Positions 8,818 through 18,561 are shown, counted from the stretch's first letter. The stretch: DNA of 28,961 nucleotides from Candidatus Parcubacteria bacterium (GCA_039798365.1 JBDKGD010000041.1:1-28961), one strand, 5' to 3'. Notes: generated by a model not told the origin, from the sequence alone. Numbers and translations are program-made.

Positions 8818-10119
8818 TTATTGTTTGTCTCGTAAGCTGGTATGGTATTTTTTGCTGAATCGATGCGCCTCATCTCGAAGCTGTCGAATGAGATTGAATG
8901 CGGGATTGGATGCGTGCATGCGCATCGTGGGAAACGAATCAATTCCAAGAACCAGTCGATCGGGATTTTTCGCTATTCCAATAATAGGAATGGAAATTGA
9001 TAAATCACGCATTATGTTCACGACGCGCCGAACTTGAGGAGTTCCGCCATCAACAATGAAAAGTTCCGGTAATCCCCACGATGAGATGCGCTCTTGAGAA
9101 AACCGACGACGGATCACTTCTTCGATGGCGTCAAAATCGGAATGTACGGAAGGATCTTTTATTTTGAATTTTCTATACTGATTTTTATCAATCATTCCAT
9201 GGCGGGCGACAACGATACCGCCAACAATTTCTCGTTGAGATGTGTGTGAGATATCAAGACATTCAATTCGAGATAAGGGAGCAATAGTAGGAAAAAATTG
9301 AATGAGAAATGTATGGAGTATGCGCGCTCCTGCTTCTGGATCTGCGTGGTAAAACGTATCACTGTGCGGATTACCGAAATCAATGCGCTCGGTGATCAGT
9401 TTTTGAAATCGAAAAATACGATTGCGCAGAGCAAGAGCGGTTTCAAATTCATGATGCGCCGAAGCATCGCGCATATCTCGCCGTAATCCTGAAAGAACAC
9501 GCTCGCTATTGCCTCTGAGAATTGAAATGACCGCGCGGATATTATGTTGATAGTGCCGACGCAGCAAAGACTGTGCGGATGCGGGTGCGCGAATGATCGC
9601 GCTCGGGCAAGGATTGCAGAGTCCAATTTTTGAATAAAAACAGGGATGGGACGCAGGGAACCGTTGAGTACAAAACGGGATAACTGATCGAATTTCACGA
9701 AGAATAGTTCGCGTAATACGAACACCTGAAAATGGTCCAAAATACAAGGACGATCCATCATCTTCTTTTCGACACAGCGAAACAATGGGGTAGGGATCGG
9801 TAGTGGGAATTTTGATATATAGAGCGCTTTTGCCATCTCTCCAGATGACATTGTAGCGGGGGAGATGTTTTTTGATCAGACGAGACTCTAGTAACAGAGC
9901 AGAGAATTCATTTTCCGTAGGAATCCATTCTATTGATGCAGATGCTTCAAAAATAGCGCGCTCCTTGGCATCAGCGCGGGCATTTTCAAGGTGGCTTTTG
10001 AGACGAGCTTTGATATGGATTGATTTTCCGATATATAGAATAGTTCGTTTATTGCGAAATAAATATACGCCGATAGTGGCGGGCGCCGATTGAATATAAG
10101 GGAGAAGATGGTCAAACAT
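8818..10119 (-). CDS. uvrC: Excinuclease ABC subunit C, lacking the C-terminal HhH domain
   Basis: GVYLF...YIGKS GIY-YIG domain, YFGPF, a Cys cluster, the UVR coiled coil (FETALALRNR), RIECLDISH, DGG and LRDEAHRF. The protein ends 12 aa after LRDEAHRF. Confidence 0.93.
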   Translation of the reverse strand: MFDHLLPYIQSAPATIGVYLFRNKRTILYIGKSIHIKARLKSHLENARADAKERAIFEASASIEWIPTENEFSALLLESRLIKKHLPRYNVIWRDGKSALYIKIPTTDPYPIVSLCRKEDDGSSLYFGPFSGVRITRTILREIRSVIPFCTQRFPASHPCFYSKIGLCNPCPSAIIRAPASAQSLLRRHYQHNIRAVISILRGNSERVLSGLRRDMRDASAHHEFETALALRNRIFRFQKLITERIDFGNPHSDTFYHADPEAGARILHTFLIQFFPTIAPLSRIECLDISHTSQREIVGGIVVARHGMIDKNQYRKFKIKDPSVHSDFDAIEEVIRRRFSQERISSWGLPELFIVDGGTPQVRRVVNIMRDLSISIPIIGIAKNPDRLVLGIDSFPTMRMHASNPAFNLIRQLRDEAHRFSKKYHTSLRDKQ

Positions 10120-10131
10120 AAAATGACGCGG

Positions 10132-13026
10132 TTACATTCTCAGATGTTTTTTAAGGTATCTGCCAGTATAAGAATGAGAAACGCTAAGAATACCCGGCAG
10201 AGGACCCTGATATACCAAATCACCGCCTCCCGCGCCTCCTTCAGGACCAAGGTCAATAATGTATTGGCAGTTTTTTATGACATCGAGGTTGTGTTCTATG
10301 ACAATAACGGTATTACCTAATTCCACGAGACGGTATAGTGCCAACAGAAGTTTTTCAATATCAGCAAAATGCAAACCAGTTGTCGGTTCATCAAGAATGT
10401 ATACAGTCTTGCCCGAATTCTTTCGAGAAAGTTCATCTGCAAGTTTAATGCGCTGAGCTTCGCCGCCAGAAAATGTTGTTGCTGCTTGTCCAAGTTCAAT
10501 ATATCCCAAACCAACACTTTGCAATGTAGAGAGTTTGGAATAAATATCGGAATGATTTTTAAAAAAAGCAGCCGACTCATCGACGGTCATCTTGAGAATT
10601 TCATCAATCGCTTTGCCTTTGTAAGTGATATCAAGAGTTTCGCGATTATAGCGTCGCCCTTCGCAGACATCGCAGGTAATATACACATCGGGCAAAAATT
10701 GCATCTCAATAGTGACAAGTCCTCCTCCCTGGCATTTCTCGCATCGCCCACCTTTCAGGTTGAAAGAGAATCGTCCTTTGTTAAAACCGCGGGCGCGCGC
10801 CTCGGTTGTTTGAGCAAAGATATCTCGAATAGCATCAAAAAATCCAACATACGTTGCCGGGTTAGATCGGGGAGTGCGACCAATAGGCGACTGATCGACT
10901 AAAAATACCCGATCAATGCCGCTGTAACCAGTCAATTCTTTGAATGCGCCAATATGGTCGGGGAGCGTATCGTTGAGGTGATAGTATAAAGCAGGATAAA
11001 GTGTATCGCCAATGAGAGTGCTTTTACCAGAACCAGAAACACCGGTAACAGTAACCAAGTTTCCCAACGGTATATGTAGGGTGATATTTTTTAGATTATG
11101 CTCGCGCGCGCCAACCAACTGGAGTGAGCCGCGGTTGGTAACGAGGGTGTGCGGGTTGCTCGCTATCTTTCTTTTTCCAGACAAGAAGGGGCCGGTAATG
11201 GATTGATTTGATTTTTTCATCGCGGCAAGAGTGCCGGTAAACGTGATTCGCCCTCCGTGCTTTCCTGCCTCAGGACCAAGCTCAACCAAATAATCGGCTG
11301 CCGCAATAGTCTCTTCGTCATGTTCAACGACAATCAAGCTGTTTCCAAGGTGTTTCAGATTATCTAGGGTTGCAATAAGGGCAGAGACATCACGAGGATG
11401 CAGTCCGATTGATGGTTCATCCAAGACGTACAATACGCCAGTTAATCCGGTTCCAATTTGCGAAGCTAGACGAATGCGCTGAAGTTCTCCGCCGGACAAT
11501 GTCTTTGCCAGGCGAGAAATAGTCAAATAGGAAAGTCCGACATTATGTAAAAAACGCAAGCGAGTCTCAATCTCTTTTAAGATTGGTTTGGCGATTGTTG
11601 TTTCGTATTCATTCAGTGATTGAACAAGGTTGTGTTTGAGAAAATCAAGTAATGCTACGATAGTGAGCTCGCTGATCTCGGCGATATTGCGATCGCACAC
11701 AGTAATGCCGAGTACCTCGGGTTTTAGTTTTTGTCTATGACAGGCGGTGCACTCTTCTTCTTTTAAATATTTATTTACTTCGCCGCCCATGTCGCTGTCA
11801 GCGTGCCGAAATCGGCGTTCAAGCTCAGCAACAACGCCATCGAATCGCTCGTGGACAACAGTATCTTTTCCAAAGCGGTTAGTCCCCGGAACATCGTACT
11901 CTTTGCCATTGCCATAGAGTAAAAGATCGAGGTGTTCGCGCGAGAGCTGTCCAAGAGCAGTTTTTAGAGGAAAATTTTCATCGACAGCCATGGTGGCGAT
12001 CAAACGTCCATACCAGGTGTCCTGCCAAAAAACTCCCGAAAAAGGAATAATACCTCCTTCGCTGACACTGAGTTGTTTGTTGATGATACGCTCGGGATCA
12101 ACCGAGTAGATAGTACCTAGCCCTCTGCACGTTTCACATGCGCCCAAAGGGGAGTTGAATGAAAAGAGGCGAGGTTCAATTTCAGGAAGAGAGAGTCCGC
12201 AGACAGGACAGGAAAATTTTTCAGAAAAAAGGTGCTCGCCATCACGAGTTTTTAAAATAACAGAACCAGCCGATAAATTGACCGCCTGTTCAATATCGTG
12301 GGCCAATCTGCTGCGCAAGTTCGCGAAAAACATATCACTGGTGAGATCGGTGAGGGAGGCGGGGATAGAATCAATAACAACCTCAATAGTATGTTTCTGT
12401 GTTTTGCCAAGAACAATATCATCGGTAATCGCCACTTCTTCTCCGTCAATTCGCGCTCGAACAAATCCCTTCGATCTGATATTGGCAATCAGGTCGCGAA
12501 ACTCTCCTCGTTTAGCGCGCACCATTGGGGAAAGGATGATAAATTGCTGCACTCCGGCTTGTTTTGATGAGACGATGTCGCGCATGACATCAAGCGTCTT
12601 TGTTAAAATTTCGTCCGTTGAAAGTTTGGTAATTTCAGTGCCGTCATTAGGGCAATGGGGGTGCCCGACTCTGGCAAAGATAAGACGCATAAGGTCGTAG
12701 ATTTCAGTGATAGTCCCAACGGTGGAACGAGGGTTGTGGGTGACAGTTTTTTGATCAATCGAAATAGAGGGAGATAGTCCATCAATAGAATCAACATCCG
12801 GCTTGTCCATGACGCCTAAAAATTGCCGAGCGTATGCCGAAAGAGATTCAACGTATCGTCGCTGACCCTCGGCATAAATAGTGTCGAACGCAAGACTCGA
12901 TTTACCCGACCCGGAAACACCAGTAAAAACAACCAATTGGTTTTTCGGTATATCAACACTGACGTTTTTCAGGTTGTGTTGCCGAGCGCCTCGAATTTTT
13001 ATGGTATCAATATTGGGACGTTTCAT
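10132..13026 (-). CDS. uvrA: Excinuclease ABC subunit A; start reassigned to ATG 13026
   Basis: RGARQHNLKN, two GVSGSGKS Walker A motifs, LSGGELQR and FSGGEAQR ABC signatures, LDEP Walker B motifs and zinc-finger Cys pairs. Confidence 0.98.
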   Translation of the reverse strand: MKRPNIDTIKIRGARQHNLKNVSVDIPKNQLVVFTGVSGSGKSSLAFDTIYAEGQRRYVESLSAYARQFLGVMDKPDVDSIDGLSPSISIDQKTVTHNPRSTVGTITEIYDLMRLIFARVGHPHCPNDGTEITKLSTDEILTKTLDVMRDIVSSKQAGVQQFIILSPMVRAKRGEFRDLIANIRSKGFVRARIDGEEVAITDDIVLGKTQKHTIEVVIDSIPASLTDLTSDMFFANLRSRLAHDIEQAVNLSAGSVILKTRDGEHLFSEKFSCPVCGLSLPEIEPRLFSFNSPLGACETCRGLGTIYSVDPERIINKQLSVSEGGIIPFSGVFWQDTWYGRLIATMAVDENFPLKTALGQLSREHLDLLLYGNGKEYDVPGTNRFGKDTVVHERFDGVVAELERRFRHADSDMGGEVNKYLKEEECTACHRQKLKPEVLGITVCDRNIAEISELTIVALLDFLKHNLVQSLNEYETTIAKPILKEIETRLRFLHNVGLSYLTISRLAKTLSGGELQRIRLASQIGTGLTGVLYVLDEPSIGLHPRDVSALIATLDNLKHLGNSLIVVEHDEETIAAADYLVELGPEAGKHGGRITFTGTLAAMKKSNQSITGPFLSGKRKIASNPHTLVTNRGSLQLVGAREHNLKNITLHIPLGNLVTVTGVSGSGKSTLIGDTLYPALYYHLNDTLPDHIGAFKELTGYSGIDRVFLVDQSPIGRTPRSNPATYVGFFDAIRDIFAQTTEARARGFNKGRFSFNLKGGRCEKCQGGGLVTIEMQFLPDVYITCDVCEGRRYNRETLDITYKGKAIDEILKMTVDESAAFFKNHSDIYSKLSTLQSVGLGYIELGQAATTFSGGEAQRIKLADELSRKNSGKTVYILDEPTTGLHFADIEKLLLALYRLVELGNTVIVIEHNLDVIKNCQYIIDLGPEGGAGGGDLVYQGPLPGILSVSHSYTGRYLKKHLRM

Positions 13027-13034
13027 AACAGACC

Positions 13035-13063
13035 AGTATAGCGGTTTGATCAAAAAGAATCAA
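13035..13063 (-). promoter_or_regulatory. Sigma70-type promoter of uvrA, in the uvrB-uvrA gap
   Basis: Minus strand TTGATT (13063-13058), 17 nt spacer, TATACT (13040-13035), then 8 nt to ATG 13026. Confidence 0.6.
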
Positions 13064-13091
13064 TGAAAAGTTTTAAAAAATAGAAGAACTG

Positions 13092-15149
13092 TTACCCTTT
13101 TAGTTCACGTATCTTATCCCGAATACGAATTGCTACTTCAAATTGAAGATTTTCAGCAGCGCGGCGCATCTCGCTTTCCAGTTTTTTAATCATTTTTTTG
13201 GTGTCATAAGGAGTCATGCGATTGCCATCGATGGAGGAGAGTTCTTTGTTGCTGGGAAGTTCATCGGAATCACGATGGATAAAATCAACAATCGGATCCT
13301 CTTTTTCAACAATTTTACTCCGCACTGGCTTGATGATGGTGCGGGGAGTGATATGGTGAGCAGTATTGTACGCTATTTGTATGGCGCGCCGTCGACCAAT
13401 CTCGTCCATAGCTGATTGCATCGAATCAGTAATGGTATCGGCATACAGAATGACGCGCCCTAACACATTGCGCGCCGCTCGACCCATGGTTTGCACGAGA
13501 GATGTTCGGGATCGTAAAAATCCCTCACGATCAGCATCAAGGATCGCAACAAGAGTAACCTCCGGCAGATCAAGGCCTTCGCGTAGGAGATTGACTCCGA
13601 TTAAAACATCAAACTCATTATTGCGCAGACCATCTAAGATATCCGATCGTTCCAGGGTATGCACGTCGGAATGCAAGTATGCGGCCTTTACTTTTTTTTC
13701 ATCAAGATAATATTTTAAATCTTCGGCAGTTTTTTTTGTGAGGGTAGTGACAAGTACTCGTTCGCCTCGTTGCGTTCGTTCATGAATTTCCTGCAATAAA
13801 TCGGGTATCTCATTGGTGGCGGGGCGAACAATGACCTCAGGGTCAAGAATGCCAGTTGGACGAATAATCTGCTCAACAACTCCGGAATGTTCTGTAAAGC
13901 CAGATGTCAGTGCGTCATGACGGGACAGGTCAACTTCCCAAGGGTTAGGTGTTGCAGAAACATATACAAATTGGGAAGCGGCAGCATAGAATTCATCAAA
14001 TTGCATGGGGCGATTATCAAGCGCCGCGCGCATTCGGAAGCCGAAATCAATAAGAGTTTGTTTGCGTGATCGATCGCCATGAAACATGCCGCGAACTTGT
14101 GGTATGGTCATGTGCGATTCATCGACAAACACAATAAAATCATCGCCGTATGCCTTGCGGAAGTAATCAATGAGCGTGAACGGGGGATCTCCTGGTTTTC
14201 TGCCGTCAAAGTATCGAGAATAATTTTCAATACCGTTGACATAGCCAACCTCGGTAATCAATTCCATGTCATAAGTAACTTTGCGCAACAAGCGATCAGC
14301 TTCCGCGATTCGTCCGGCGCTGCGCAGTGCTGCGCACTCAGCGTGGAGATCGGTACGAATCCGCTCCTGCGCATCAATAATCGATTGTTTATCGGCAATG
14401 TAGTGTTTGGCGGGATAAATAACGATGCCCGACTGGTCCTGTTCGGGTATCTCAAGCGTCGTTCCATCTGTCGGGTTGATACGAGCTATGGTCGCAATAA
14501 TTCCATTGGGGTCACTACTGATTCGATAGGCAAAATCTTCGTATGCCGGATAGATGTCAACATGCGTGCCCCTCACTCGAAAACTGCCACGCGAAAGCTC
14601 AAACTCGCCCCGATTATACTGTAATTCAACTAATCGACGCGATATATCAAGCATGTTCAGAGCGCTCCCGCGGCGAATATCCAAAATAGAGCGGCCGTAT
14701 TCATCAGGAGAGCCAAGGTTGTAAATACACGAAACAGAAGCAACAACCACTACATCCCGTCGGGTCAAAATGTTGGCGGTCGCCTGAAGCCGTAGTTTAT
14801 CAATCAAGCTGTTAATGCTTGATTCTTTCTCTATATAGGTATCAGAAGAAGGAATATACGCTTCTGGTTGATAGTAATCATAGTATGAAACAAAATAAGA
14901 AACCGCATTGGACGGAAAAAAGTCCCGAAATTCCTGATACAGTTGCCCCGCCAGTGTTTTGTTGTGAGAAATAATCAGCGCGGGTTTCTGGAGGTGTTGG
15001 ATTACATGCGCCATGGTAAATGTCTTACCAGAGCCAGTGATACCCAGAAGAGTCTGGTTTTTTAACCCCGCAGAAATTCCAGCCGACAATTTTTCAATAG
15101 CGCGCGGCTGATCACCGCTGGGCGTGTAGGGAGATGAAAGAGAGAACAT
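13092..15149 (-). CDS. uvrB: Excinuclease ABC subunit B
   Basis: GDQPRAI, GITGSGKT, HNKTLAGQL, the YYDYYQPEAY beta-hairpin, DESH, LLREGLDLPEV, QTMGRAARN and a C-terminal UVR domain. Confidence 0.98.
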   Translation of the reverse strand: MFSLSSPYTPSGDQPRAIEKLSAGISAGLKNQTLLGITGSGKTFTMAHVIQHLQKPALIISHNKTLAGQLYQEFRDFFPSNAVSYFVSYYDYYQPEAYIPSSDTYIEKESSINSLIDKLRLQATANILTRRDVVVVASVSCIYNLGSPDEYGRSILDIRRGSALNMLDISRRLVELQYNRGEFELSRGSFRVRGTHVDIYPAYEDFAYRISSDPNGIIATIARINPTDGTTLEIPEQDQSGIVIYPAKHYIADKQSIIDAQERIRTDLHAECAALRSAGRIAEADRLLRKVTYDMELITEVGYVNGIENYSRYFDGRKPGDPPFTLIDYFRKAYGDDFIVFVDESHMTIPQVRGMFHGDRSRKQTLIDFGFRMRAALDNRPMQFDEFYAAASQFVYVSATPNPWEVDLSRHDALTSGFTEHSGVVEQIIRPTGILDPEVIVRPATNEIPDLLQEIHERTQRGERVLVTTLTKKTAEDLKYYLDEKKVKAAYLHSDVHTLERSDILDGLRNNEFDVLIGVNLLREGLDLPEVTLVAILDADREGFLRSRTSLVQTMGRAARNVLGRVILYADTITDSMQSAMDEIGRRRAIQIAYNTAHHITPRTIIKPVRSKIVEKEDPIVDFIHRDSDELPSNKELSSIDGNRMTPYDTKKMIKKLESEMRRAAENLQFEVAIRIRDKIRELKG

Positions 15150-15277
15150 AAAAGACTATAATACCTACCAGCATATCACGCAGGGGGCATATTCTAAAAG
15201 GATGCGATCCCCGCGTACAGCAAAACAGAATATACACCAAAAAGACATTGTGAAAGAACGAAATAAGGAGGTAGAGT

Positions 15278-15832
15278 ATGAAGTTTATCAAAGAAAAAAT
15301 AATATATACGCCAACAAGCAATCAATTATTGCTAGGCGATCTGCTAAAACGTGCTAACGTGCAGATCGGATTATGGAATCCAGTAGGATTGTTCGGAGAT
15401 GAAAGAACAATAGCAGTCAATCGGTGTAAAGAAACCATACAACGGCTTTTAGATGGTGAAAGCTACCAAGTAGATGCACGGGATGTGTTTTGGGGAAGAC
15501 CGAAGGATACAACAAGGTTGCCCAGTATCGATGATTTTGCCGATGCTGCCGCGAAATTATCATATAGAGTATGTGGATTGCGACACGTCTTGTCCGCAAT
15601 CGGCGCTCACTGGGAATGTGCTAAAAATAAAACGATATGGAACGGAGAAAAAAGAATCTGTTGTGTACCGTTGCCCCATCCGTTGCCAGCGACATATCTT
15701 GTTGCGGTCATAGTGAATGATTACGAGAAAAACCGATCAAACCCACATCGAATAACAGTGGTGTCTCAAAGCGAGTGGAATTCTCTGCGGATACAAGAGT
15801 GTCTGCGATTTTTATACGAACGACTACACTAG
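15278..15832 (+). CDS. Hypothetical protein (184 aa)
   Basis: The ORF fills the gap, has a strong SD (AAGGAGG) and is followed by a terminator-like hairpin. I recognise no domain. Confidence 0.75.
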   Translation: MKFIKEKIIYTPTSNQLLLGDLLKRANVQIGLWNPVGLFGDERTIAVNRCKETIQRLLDGESYQVDARDVFWGRPKDTTRLPSIDDFADAAAKLSYRVCGLRHVLSAIGAHWECAKNKTIWNGEKRICCVPLPHPLPATYLVAVIVNDYEKNRSNPHRITVVSQSEWNSLRIQECLRFLYERLH

Positions 15833-15875
15833 GTATAAAAATCAATGTAGTTTAAAGAGTGCGCATGGTATACAT

Positions 15876-15918
15876 AAATCCTCCTGCCAATCAAACGGCG
15901 TGGGGGATTTTTCTTTTC
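15876..15918 (+). terminator. Probable rho-independent terminator
   Basis: AAATCCTCCTGCC / GGCGTGGGGGATTT imperfect stem followed by TTCTTTTC. Confidence 0.65.
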
Positions 15919-15929
15919 AACACCCATCC

Positions 15930-15957
15930 TTGACGACAGAAGTCACTGCTTTAGAAT
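15930..15957 (+). promoter_or_regulatory. Sigma70-type promoter of the DsbA-family gene
   Basis: TTGACG (15930-15935), 16 nt spacer, TAGAAT (15952-15957), then 10 nt to the ATG. Confidence 0.55.
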
Positions 15958-15967
15958 AAAAGGACAT

Positions 15968-16747
15968 ATGAATAACGAACACAACACGCATCAAGGTGCG
16001 GATGGTATGCAAACAGAAGGTCAGATGAAAAAATCATCACGATTTTTCGATCAACAATTTACAGTGCCGGTAAGTATTTTGGCAGCGGCAGTGTTAGTGT
16101 CCGCTTCAATTTTGTTTGTCGGAGTTGCCGGATCAAAATGGGGAAGTCAAACTGCCGCGCTCAGCGATGTGCAGCCAGCAGAGGATGCGGTAGCTAATGG
16201 CACTGCTCCGTCAGCTCAGGAGCGCGATGTAATTATGGGCGATCCAAACGCTCCGGTGAGTATCATTGAGTACGGAGATTACCAGTGTCCTTTCTGTGTA
16301 AAATTCTTCAAAGAAGCAGAGGCGCAGATTCGAGAAGCATACATAAAGACAGGAAAGGCAAAGCTGGTGTTTCGTAATTTCCAGTTCCTGGGTCCCGAGT
16401 CGATCCTGGCCGCTCAAGCAGCAGAATGCGCGAAAGATCAAAAGAAGTTCTGGGAGTTTCATGATGGCGTCTATCGCATGGAAGAAGAAGACGGACAGGA
16501 GCATAACGGCAACATTAATGTTCAGTCGCTCACGAGCTTGGCAAGCGAGAAAGGGTTAGATGTTCCAGCATTCTCGAAATGTCTCAGTGCCAACACCTAC
16601 GAGGAGCAGGTTAAAAAAGACACGACTGCCGCTCAAGCAGCAGGGGTGCGCTCAACACCGACCATTTTCGTCAACGGACAAAAATTTGAAGGCGCGTATC
16701 CGTTTGAAAATTTCAAACAGGCGATAGAGTCCGCGCTAAATAAATAA
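15968..16747 (+). CDS. Membrane-anchored DsbA-family thioredoxin-fold protein
   Basis: N-terminal TM helix, GDPNAPVSIIEYGDYQCPFC (CxxC), AAECA and GVRSTPTIFVNG (cis-Pro loop). Confidence 0.92.
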   Translation: MNNEHNTHQGADGMQTEGQMKKSSRFFDQQFTVPVSILAAAVLVSASILFVGVAGSKWGSQTAALSDVQPAEDAVANGTAPSAQERDVIMGDPNAPVSIIEYGDYQCPFCVKFFKEAEAQIREAYIKTGKAKLVFRNFQFLGPESILAAQAAECAKDQKKFWEFHDGVYRMEEEDGQEHNGNINVQSLTSLASEKGLDVPAFSKCLSANTYEEQVKKDTTAAQAAGVRSTPTIFVNGQKFEGAYPFENFKQAIESALNK

Positions 16748-16778
16748 AACTGAAAAAGTTTGAGGTTAATATATTCTG

Positions 16779-16804
16779 AAAAACCCTGCGAAAGCAGGGT
16801 TTTT
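16779..16804 (+). terminator. Rho-independent terminator
   Basis: Perfect inverted repeat AAAAACCCTGC-GAAA-GCAGGGTTTTT with a GNRA loop. Confidence 0.9.
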
Positions 16805-16849
16805 ATATGTTTGACAGGTGTGATACTATGAAAAAACAATATACAAACT

Positions 16850-17773
16850 ATGTATGATCTTGTAATTATCGGTGCTGGTCCAGCGGGATGTGCCGCGGGA
16901 GTATATGCTGCTCGTAAAAAAATAAAAACAGCTCTCATAACCGAAAGCTTTGGAGGACAGTCAATTACATCCATGGATATCCAAAACTGGATTGGCGAAA
17001 CAACCATATCGGGTTTTGATTTGGCAAAGAAAATGGAACAACACCTCAAGAACTATCCCGAAATAGATCTGCATGAAGGCGATAGCGTCATTGAGATTAA
17101 AAAACAAACCGATGGAACATTTTCAATAACAACAAAACTGGGTAAAGCGCTGCAGACGAAATACATCATGCTCGCGACAGGAAGTCGGCGCCGAAAATTG
17201 GCAATTCCCGGAGAAAAAGAATTTGATGGCAGGGGAGTCGTGTACTGCGCGACCTGTGACGCGCCGTTATTTAAAGATAAGGAAGTGGTGGTGGTGGGAG
17301 GCGGCAATGCGGCACTTGAGGCAGTAGTTGATCTGTTTCATTATGCTAAAAAAATATATGTAGCAGTAAGATCGACAACCCTGCGGGGGGATGAAGTGAC
17401 CCAAGAGAAGGTAGAGCGCCACCCAAACGTAGAGATACTCTACAATACCGAATTGCAAGAAATTAAAGGAACAGGGTCAGTCCAGTCCGTGGTGATAAAA
17501 AACAATCAAACAGACGCCACCTCGACCCTTGCGGTGCAGGGTGTGTTTATCGAAATTGGCGCGGTACCAAATTCCGAAATCGTAAAAGGGTTGGTAGAAA
17601 TCAATGGAGCAGGAGAGGTTGTGGTGGATCACCGAACACAGGCATCATCAGATCCTATGGTCTTTGCCGCTGGCGATGTATCGGATGTGCTATACAAGCA
17701 GAATAATATTTCAGCCGGTGATGCCATCAAGGCAGTGTTGAGTATCGAAGCAAAAGTGCACAAAGGAAAGTAA
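16850..17773 (+). CDS. trxB: Thioredoxin-disulfide reductase (TrxB/AhpF-C-like)
   Basis: IIGAGPAG FAD motif, ATGS, GVVYCATCDAP (CxxC), VGGGNAALE NADPH motif and VFAAGD. Confidence 0.9.
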   Translation: MYDLVIIGAGPAGCAAGVYAARKKIKTALITESFGGQSITSMDIQNWIGETTISGFDLAKKMEQHLKNYPEIDLHEGDSVIEIKKQTDGTFSITTKLGKALQTKYIMLATGSRRRKLAIPGEKEFDGRGVVYCATCDAPLFKDKEVVVVGGGNAALEAVVDLFHYAKKIYVAVRSTTLRGDEVTQEKVERHPNVEILYNTELQEIKGTGSVQSVVIKNNQTDATSTLAVQGVFIEIGAVPNSEIVKGLVEINGAGEVVVDHRTQASSDPMVFAAGDVSDVLYKQNNISAGDAIKAVLSIEAKVHKGK

Positions 17774-17780
17774 AAAATAT

Positions 17781-17818
17781 AAAAATTCCCCACAGAGTAC
17801 ATACTGTCTGTGGGGAAT
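17781..17818. terminator. Terminator between convergent genes (U-tract on the minus strand)
   Basis: ATTCCCCACAGA (17785-17796) / TCTGTGGGGAAT (17807-17818), with an A-run on the left. Confidence 0.8.
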
Positions 17819-17844
17819 GCGGAAAGTGTAGCGCAAGAGAGATA

Positions 17845-18561
17845 TTATGCGCGTTTCTTGGTAAATTTATCATTACCAGTGGCATAACACCAGATAATAA
17901 TAAAATTATCTACCGCCTTGGCGTGAGAAAGTTGAGATTGTGGCTTTCGTAGCAGAAATTCTTGTCTAAGCATCGTATAGAAAGGCATCGCTCCACTTGA
18001 GACTGATTCAATGACTTTCTCTATGAGAAACATGCGCCAAGTGTATGTTTCTTTTAAACTAAGGATTGACGATGGTACCTTCTGTAGTCTTTTCTGGTAC
18101 TCCTCATATTTTTGAGAAAGTATGGCAAGATATCCTTCAGAAATGGTACAGGGAATATACGGATCATAAAACACCCGGTTATCATCCGCAAAAGTCCGCA
18201 TGAGATTGAACTCAAGATGGATGAGCTCATCTCGAACTGTTGCAAATGCCCGGGCTACAATATCTCGAGGATAAGCAGTCATATTGGAAGATGCGCACAA
18301 ACCATCGGCAACAGTGTTAAACGGCACCGTGACAACGGCATCTGTCAAATCTTTGAGAAACTTTTCTACCAAAAATTCAAGAACTCGAGCCCGAACAATA
18401 ACCAGCAAATTTTCTGCAGGATTAGCGTTATTGAGTTGCTCTTCGAGTTCACCGTTGGTGGTAATCAACAGACTTTTTAAGCAGCAAGGTTGTTTTGTGT
18501 AAAACCAAAGGGGCGGGGGTGTTGGTTGGCAAATAATGTTGCAATCGGAAGAACCATCCAT
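17845..18561 (-). CDS. Hypothetical protein (238 aa)
   Basis: GGAGG lies 6 nt upstream of the ATG. It has its own promoter and a downstream terminator. I recognise no domain. Confidence 0.75.
   Translation of the reverse strand: MDGSSDCNIICQPTPPPLWFYTKQPCCLKSLLITTNGELEEQLNNANPAENLLVIVRARVLEFLVEKFLKDLTDAVVTVPFNTVADGLCASSNMTAYPRDIVARAFATVRDELIHLEFNLMRTFADDNRVFYDPYIPCTISEGYLAILSQKYEEYQKRLQKVPSSILSLKETYTWRMFLIEKVIESVSSGAMPFYTMLRQEFLLRKPQSQLSHAKAVDNFIIIWCYATGNDKFTKKRA

Noticed and set aside
8825-14624. Long plus-strand ORFs opposite the uvr genes (e.g. 10369-10902, 12155-12700, 13366-13710, 14079-14624)
   Set aside because: They are antisense shadows of conserved genes, with no motifs or expression signals.
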